DNA of 38,834 nt, from the NCBI GenBank assembly GCA_049694795.1, contig JBAVRG010000028.1, forward strand, positions 1 to 38,834, read 5' to 3'. The translations under genes were made by a program, and so were the position numbers. Below are positions 34,949 to 38,834 of the stretch, piece after piece. Within the stretch, counting starts at the first letter, position 1. The number at the start of each line of letters is the position of its first letter. The DNA is from Mycobacteriales bacterium. GTDB lineage: Bacteria > Actinomycetota > Actinomycetes > Mycobacteriales > SCTD01. The notes under the pieces are model-generated. The model was not told the origin of the DNA. It saw nothing but the letters and a program-made list of their open reading frames with translations, and made no database searches.

Positions 34949-35587
34949 TCAGGCCGTCGCGAGCCCGAGCACCGCGGTGAGCCAGCTGCCGAGCTCGTCC
35001 AGAGCCGCCTGACTGAGGCCGTGGCCGCCCGGGCCGCGCACGCCGCGGGTGTCGGCTCCTGAGTCGGTGTGGAGGTACTGCCAGGTCCGGTCGAGCAGGT
35101 CGCGGGGGATGACCGTGTCGTCGTCCCCGTGCGCGACCAGGACCGGCAGGGTTGCCAGTCGACCCGACGTGGTGGGCACGCCGGCGTCGAACGGCAGGGT
35201 GCCGTAGAGGATCGCGGCGCCGGTGAACCGGGCCGGGTCATCGAGGATCAGGCCACCGGCGAAGGCCGCGCCGCCACTGAAGCCGACAAGGACGACGGGT
35301 CGACCGGCGGGTGCTGCCCCGTCCATCCACGCACGGAACCAGCTCATCGTGTCGGTCAGTGACTCGGCGACGGGGCGGCCGATGCCTCGGTTGGCGAACC
35401 ACGCGTAACCGCCGCCCTCCGCGATCGGCGCGCGCACCGCGGCGTACGTCGGCCCGCCGGGCAGCAGCTCGGCAAGGGTGAGGATCTCGGTCTCGTCGGA
35501 GCCGCGGCCGTGCAGGAGGACGACGAGGGGGGCGTCCGGCCCGCGGGCCCCGACCGAGACCACGGTGGGGGAGGCGAACGCGGTCAT
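34949..35587 (-). CDS. Phospholipase/carboxylesterase-family alpha/beta hydrolase (MhqD/dienelactone-hydrolase-like)
   Basis: This is the C-terminal 212 aa of ORF 34949..36157. ATG 35587 overlaps the VOC gene stop (ATGA). VVLLHGRGSDE, nucleophile elbow VGFSGGAAFAGG, and VAHGDDDTVIP. Confidence 0.8.
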   Translation of the reverse strand: MTAFASPTVVSVGARGPDAPLVVLLHGRGSDETEILTLAELLPGGPTYAAVRAPIAEGGGYAWFANRGIGRPVAESLTDTMSWFRAWMDGAAPAGRPVVLVGFSGGAAFAGGLILDDPARFTGAAILYGTLPFDAGVPTTSGRLATLPVLVAHGDDDTVIPRDLLDRTWQYLHTDSGADTRGVRGPGGHGLSQAALDELGSWLTAVLGLATA

Positions 35588-36105
35588 GACTGGCTCCCGG
35601 TGGGCTCGGGCGTGATCTGCCCCGCGGTCCGCACGCCCGACCAGCGGGCGACCTCGGCGTCGAGGTCGAGGCGGTCGATCGGCGCGCTGTTCTCGTACTC
35701 GCCCCAGTCCTGACGGGGCAGCATCCACATGATCTCGAACTCGTTGCCGTCGGGGTCGGCGCCGTACACGCTCTTGGTGGCGCCGTGGCTGGACTCCCCG
35801 GTGTAGGCATCGGCGTCGACGAGCGCTTGGCGCGCGTCGGCGAGCTCGTCGATCGTGTCGAGCTGCCAGGCGAGGTGGTACAGCCCGATCGCCCCGCGGC
35901 GCTTCGGACCGCCGGCGGTGCCGACCCCGAACAAGCCGAGGTCGTGGTGGTTGCCCGATCGCGGCAGTCGGAGGAACGCGGCACCGGCCCGCGGCTCGCG
36001 GGCAACCACGACCATGCCGAAGCTGTCCGTGTAGAAGCGCACGGACCGTTCGAGGTCGGCGACGAACAAGACCGCGTGGTTGAGGCGAACGGGGGAGAAG
36101 GCCAT
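35584..36105 (-). CDS. VOC-family (glyoxalase / extradiol dioxygenase fold) protein
   Basis: ORF 35584..36105. RLNHAVLFVADLERSVRFYTDSFGM, HHDLGLF, LYHLAWQ, SVYGADPDGNEFEIMW. Confidence 0.82.
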   Translation of the reverse strand: MAFSPVRLNHAVLFVADLERSVRFYTDSFGMVVVAREPRAGAAFLRLPRSGNHHDLGLFGVGTAGGPKRRGAIGLYHLAWQLDTIDELADARQALVDADAYTGESSHGATKSVYGADPDGNEFEIMWMLPRQDWGEYENSAPIDRLDLDAEVARWSGVRTAGQITPEPTGSQS

Positions 36106-36146
36106 CGGAGGCTCCTTCGACGAGGTGTGTGCCTGTGCAAGGAAGA

Positions 36147-36156
36147 TGACACGTCA
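36147..36156. promoter_or_regulatory. Short palindrome TGAC-ac-GTCA in the MarR/VOC divergent spacer (candidate MarR operator)
   Basis: This is the only dyad I can see in the 75-bp, relatively AT-rich spacer 36106..36180. It is short, so chance occurrence is quite possible. Confidence 0.2.
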
Positions 36157-36180
36157 ACTATTCCGGGTTAGGCTGATGCG

Positions 36181-36651
36181 GTGCGGGATGACGTGCCCTG
36201 GCTGACTGAACAGGAGCAGCGCGCGTGGCAGGGGCTGCAGTTCATGCAGATGCGGCTCACGGCCGCGCTGGCTCGCCAGCTGGCTGCCGACTCCGACCTG
36301 TCCTACTCCGACTACCTGGTCCTGGTCGCTCTGACCGACGCGCGGCAAGGGCGGCTCCGTTCGTGGGAGCTCGCGCGCGACCTCGGCTGGGAGAAGAGCA
36401 GGCTGTCGCACCACGTGACCCGGATGGTGGAGCGCGGTCTCGTGCGCAAGCAGGCCTGCGCGACCGACCGGCGTGGCGGGTACGTCGTGGTGACGGCATT
36501 CGGCCGTCGGCAGATCGCCGCAGCCGCCCCCGGTCATGTCAGGGCCGTGCGCACCTTGTTCCTCGACCACGTCACCGACGACCAGCTCGAGGCGGTCGCG
36601 GCCGCGTCGGAGAAAGTGCTGGCGGCGCTCGACGTGAGCGTGACCGAGTAG
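36181..36651 (+). CDS. MarR-family transcriptional regulator
   Basis: ORF 36181..36651. Winged-helix region YSDYLVLVALTDARQGRLRSWELARDLGWEKSRLSHHVTRMVERGLVRKQACATDRRGGYVVVT. Confidence 0.9.
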   Translation: MRDDVPWLTEQEQRAWQGLQFMQMRLTAALARQLAADSDLSYSDYLVLVALTDARQGRLRSWELARDLGWEKSRLSHHVTRMVERGLVRKQACATDRRGGYVVVTAFGRRQIAAAAPGHVRAVRTLFLDHVTDDQLEAVAAASEKVLAALDVSVTE

Positions 36652-36763
36652 GCCCCCCGGGCTCGCGGCGCTTCAACCGCACTCGTGCAAGCGCTCACCA
36701 GGGGGAAGATGGCGCCATGAGGCACGCGGGCACCCAACGCGTTCGCCACGTCGGGGACGCTCC

Positions 36764-37432
36764 GTGACGCTGCCGATGGCGCCAGGTCGACCGGTGAACG
36801 TGCTCGTGCTGTCCGCTTCCCTCAGGGAAGCCTCGCTCAACACCAGGCTGGCGCAGCTCGCCGCCAAGATCCTGTCCGGTCTGGGTGCGCATGTGGACGT
36901 GGTCGGCCTCAGGGACGTGGACTGCCCGACCTACGACGGCGATACCGAGGCTGAAGCCGGCATCCCGGAAGGGGCGCAGCGGCTTGCCCGTCGGCTGGTG
37001 GCCAGCGACGCGTTCGTACTCGCCTCACCTGAGTACAACGCGGGCATGCCCGGCGGGCTGAAGAACGTCATCGACTGGGTCTCACGTATGAAGCCCCAGC
37101 CCTGGCAGGGCAAGCACGCGATGCTGCTGTCCGCCTCACCGTCCCTGGTCGGAGGCAACCGAGGGCTCTGGGCGCTGCGCATGCCCTTGGAGCATCTCGG
37201 GGTCTACGTGCACCCCGCGATGTTCAGCCTCGCCAGGGCCCATGAGGGCTTCGGGGACGACGGCGGGCTGCTCGACCCCGGCCTCACCGATCGCCTCTCG
37301 CTGGCGTTGGCACAGTTCCGCGAGCTGGTCGAGGCTGCGGTCCACTACCCGTGCGCCCGGCACGCCTGGATGGAGTTCCTGGGTGAGCACCTCGACGAGG
37401 AGACCGCTCGAACCGAGTTCCCGCCGACGTGA
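36764..37432 (+). CDS. NAD(P)H-dependent FMN reductase-family oxidoreductase
   Basis: ORF 36764..37432; start GTG 36764 or ATG 36776. VNVLVLSASLREASLNTRLA, FVLASPEYNAGMPGGLKNVIDW. Confidence 0.85.
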   Translation: MTLPMAPGRPVNVLVLSASLREASLNTRLAQLAAKILSGLGAHVDVVGLRDVDCPTYDGDTEAEAGIPEGAQRLARRLVASDAFVLASPEYNAGMPGGLKNVIDWVSRMKPQPWQGKHAMLLSASPSLVGGNRGLWALRMPLEHLGVYVHPAMFSLARAHEGFGDDGGLLDPGLTDRLSLALAQFRELVEAAVHYPCARHAWMEFLGEHLDEETARTEFPPT

Positions 37433-37805
37433 GCGTGAGCTCCGCTGTTCGAGGACCGTTGGAGCTCTGACCGTCGAGGCCGCAGCGCCAACATGGGAAG
37501 GGCGTGAGGTCCGCGTCGACGTAGCTGGTGAGCTCTCCATCGTGGAAGGCGATCCTCGGTCCCGCGACGAATCTGGACGAGAGCCACCGTGGACCTGGGA
37601 CGTCCCGCGTCGAGTCCGCGATAGGCGTCCCGCCCGTGGTGTCACGTCCCTGGATGCGAGTTCTGCGCTAACGCGGCGCTGTGATCCGGTCACGGAGCGC
37701 TGAGGATTTGCTAAGACGACCGGAGCCACGCTGGAGCGGCGGTTCACTACTGCCAGGCGAAGGATGTGAGTCCTTCGCGGCGCGTCCACGTAGGGAGCCC
37801 CGCTG
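37433..37805 (+). promoter_or_regulatory. Long non-coding kdp upstream region / 5' leader with several stem-loops; possible riboswitch-like element
   Basis: No ORF here has gene-like codon position 3. GC is visibly lower than in the flanks. Hairpins include GCGAAGGA-tgtgag-TCCTTCGC at 37757..37778. Sequence blocks at 37569..37672 loosely follow the ydaO (c-di-AMP) block order. GGGAG RBS lies 8 nt before ATG 37806. Confidence 0.3.
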
Positions 37806-37889
37806 ATGGCTGACGTTGTCCTGGTCCTGCTCACGACAGCGCTGTTCGCGCTGCTGGCGCTGGTTGTGCGCGGGGTGGAGCGGCTGTGA
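37806..37889 (+). CDS. 27-codon hydrophobic micro-ORF translationally coupled to kdpF
   Basis: Not in the ORF track because it is too short. ATG 37806 has GGGAG 8 nt upstream. Sequence [27 protein letters not shown]. 23 of 27 codons end in G/C. Its TGA overlaps the kdpF GTG (GTGA). Confidence 0.5.
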   Translation: MADVVLVLLTTALFALLALVVRGVERL

Positions 37890-37975
37890 GCGCGGAGAAC
37901 ATCGCGGGCCTGGTCATCGCCGTCGGCCTGCTGGTCGTGATGGTCCTCGCCCTGCTCTTCCCGGAGAGGTTCTGA
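37886..37975 (+). CDS. kdpF: K+-transporting ATPase subunit F
   Basis: My translation is [29 protein letters not shown] (29 aa). The single TM plus LL.PE.F ending is typical of KdpF. The stop overlaps the kdpA ATG (TGATG). Confidence 0.8.
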   Translation: MSAENIAGLVIAVGLLVVMVLALLFPERF

Positions 37976-38834
37976 TGACCGACGCGACCGCCGGGCTGCT
38001 TCAGGTCGGACTGCTCGTCGTGGCCCTCGTCGTGGTCCACCGCCCCCTGGGCGAGTACATGGCTCGCGTCTTCACCAGCACCAAGCACTGGCGCGTCGAG
38101 CGGGCCGGCTACCGCCTCATGGGTGTGGACCCGGACCAGGAGCAGACCTGGCCGACGTACTTGCGGTCGCTGCTGGCGTTCTCGCTGGTGTCTGTCGTAG
38201 CGCTGTTCGCGTTCCAGCGGCTGCAGCAGCACCTGTGGCTGTCGCTCGGCCTGCCGGCAGTGAAGCCGGCGCTGGCATGGAACACGGCGGTGTCGTTCGT
38301 GACGAACACCAACTGGCAGAACTACAGCGGTGAGTCGACGATGGGGCACCTGGTCCAGATGGCCGGGCTGGCTGTGCAGAACTTCGCCTCTGCGGCTGTC
38401 GGGCTCGCCGTCGCCGTCGCGCTGGTCCGTGGGTTCGGCCGGTCGCGCACCGACCGACTCGGCAACTTCTGGGTCGACCTGACTCGTGCCACTGTCCGGG
38501 TCCTGCTGCCGCTCGCCGTAGTCGCGGCCGTCGTCCTGCTCGCCGGCGGCGTGGTGCAGAACCTGCACGACCCGCACGCCGTCACCACGGTGACGGGCGC
38601 CCACCAGAGCATCACGGGCGGCCCGATCGCGAGCCAGGAGGCCATCAAGGAGCTCGGCACGAACGGCGGCGGCTTCTACAACGCCAACTCCGCGCACCCC
38701 TTCGAGAACCCCAACCCGTTCACGAACTGGGTCGAGATCTTCCTGCTGCTGGTCATCCCCTTCTCGCTGCCGCGCACGTTCGGGCGCATGGTGGGGGACG
38801 TCCGGCAGGGCTACGCGATCGTCGCGGTGATGGC
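37975..38834 (+). CDS. kdpA: K+-transporting ATPase subunit A (potassium-binding), N-terminal part; continues past the window
   Basis: Not in the ORF track because there is no stop. My translation is [91 protein letters not shown].., which are classic KdpA motifs. Confidence 0.92.
   Translation, partial: MTDATAGLLQVGLLVVALVVVHRPLGEYMARVFTSTKHWRVERAGYRLMGVDPDQEQTWPTYLRSLLAFSLVSVVALFAFQRLQQHLWLSLGLPAVKPALAWNTAVSFVTNTNWQNYSGESTMGHLVQMAGLAVQNFASAAVGLAVAVALVRGFGRSRTDRLGNFWVDLTRATVRVLLPLAVVAAVVLLAGGVVQNLHDPHAVTTVTGAHQSITGGPIASQEAIKELGTNGGGFYNANSAHPFENPNPFTNWVEIFLLLVIPFSLPRTFGRMVGDVRQGYAIVAVM

Noticed and set aside
37440-37670. A minus-strand frame with moderately gene-like codon bias (..RFVAGPRIAFHDGELTSYVDADLTPFPCWRCGLDGQ..) inside the kdp leader, possibly a gene relic.
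   Set aside because: There is no ATG, GTG or TTG start after the upstream TAG. G/C at codon position 3 is only intermediate, and I see no recognisable family. At best it is a decayed pseudogene, which I cannot support without a tBLASTN/BLASTX search.
37757-37778. The hexaloop hairpin GCGAAGGA-UGUGAG-UCCUUCGC, considered as an ANTAR target given the GAF-ANTAR gene in the window.
   Set aside because: ANTAR substrates are two tandem hexaloop hairpins with A at loop position 1 and G at position 4. This is a single hairpin with U at position 1.
37136-37834. A 232-aa minus-strand ORF spanning the FMN reductase 3' end and the kdp leader.
   Set aside because: Ser/Arg/Thr-rich, with low G/C at codon position 3, and partly antisense to a well-supported gene. 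I treat it as non-coding.

Overview
Very GC-rich actinobacterial chromosomal segment: codon position 3 is almost always G/C in real genes, and long R/G/P-rich ORFs on the opposite strand are artefacts. I can support about 40 protein-coding genes. I found no rRNA, tRNA, CRISPR array, transposase or integrase. Gene content and order resemble the conserved whiB1/wblE neighbourhood of Actinobacteria: bioF, pdtaS-type kinase, whiB1, DAG-kinase-like lipid kinase, SigB/F-family sigma factor with its anti-sigma, GNAT plus histidine phosphatase, sodN/sodX, rmlC, a polar amino-acid ABC importer, malic enzyme, rhomboid and kgd. A more accessory-looking right half follows: secreted alpha/beta hydrolase, USP, TauD-type dioxygenase, CtpE-like P-type ATPase, neocarzinostatin-fold lipoprotein, a four-gene double ABC exporter operon, a Cache-PAS-GGDEF-EAL sensor, a MarR/VOC/esterase/FMN-reductase module and the start of a kdp operon. 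The points most worth a second look are listed here. (1) A pseudo-receiver, GAF-ANTAR and membrane GGDEF-EAL gene string. (2) Two tandem ~85-bp palindrome-containing repeat units in the malic enzyme/rhomboid spacer. (3) A ~370-nt non-coding leader plus an extra 27-codon micro-ORF in front of kdpF. (4) The ABC operon, which is translationally coupled throughout. (5) An MhqR-like quinone-detox module sitting directly upstream of a c-di-GMP sensor. All calls rest on my own reading of motifs; no database search was possible.
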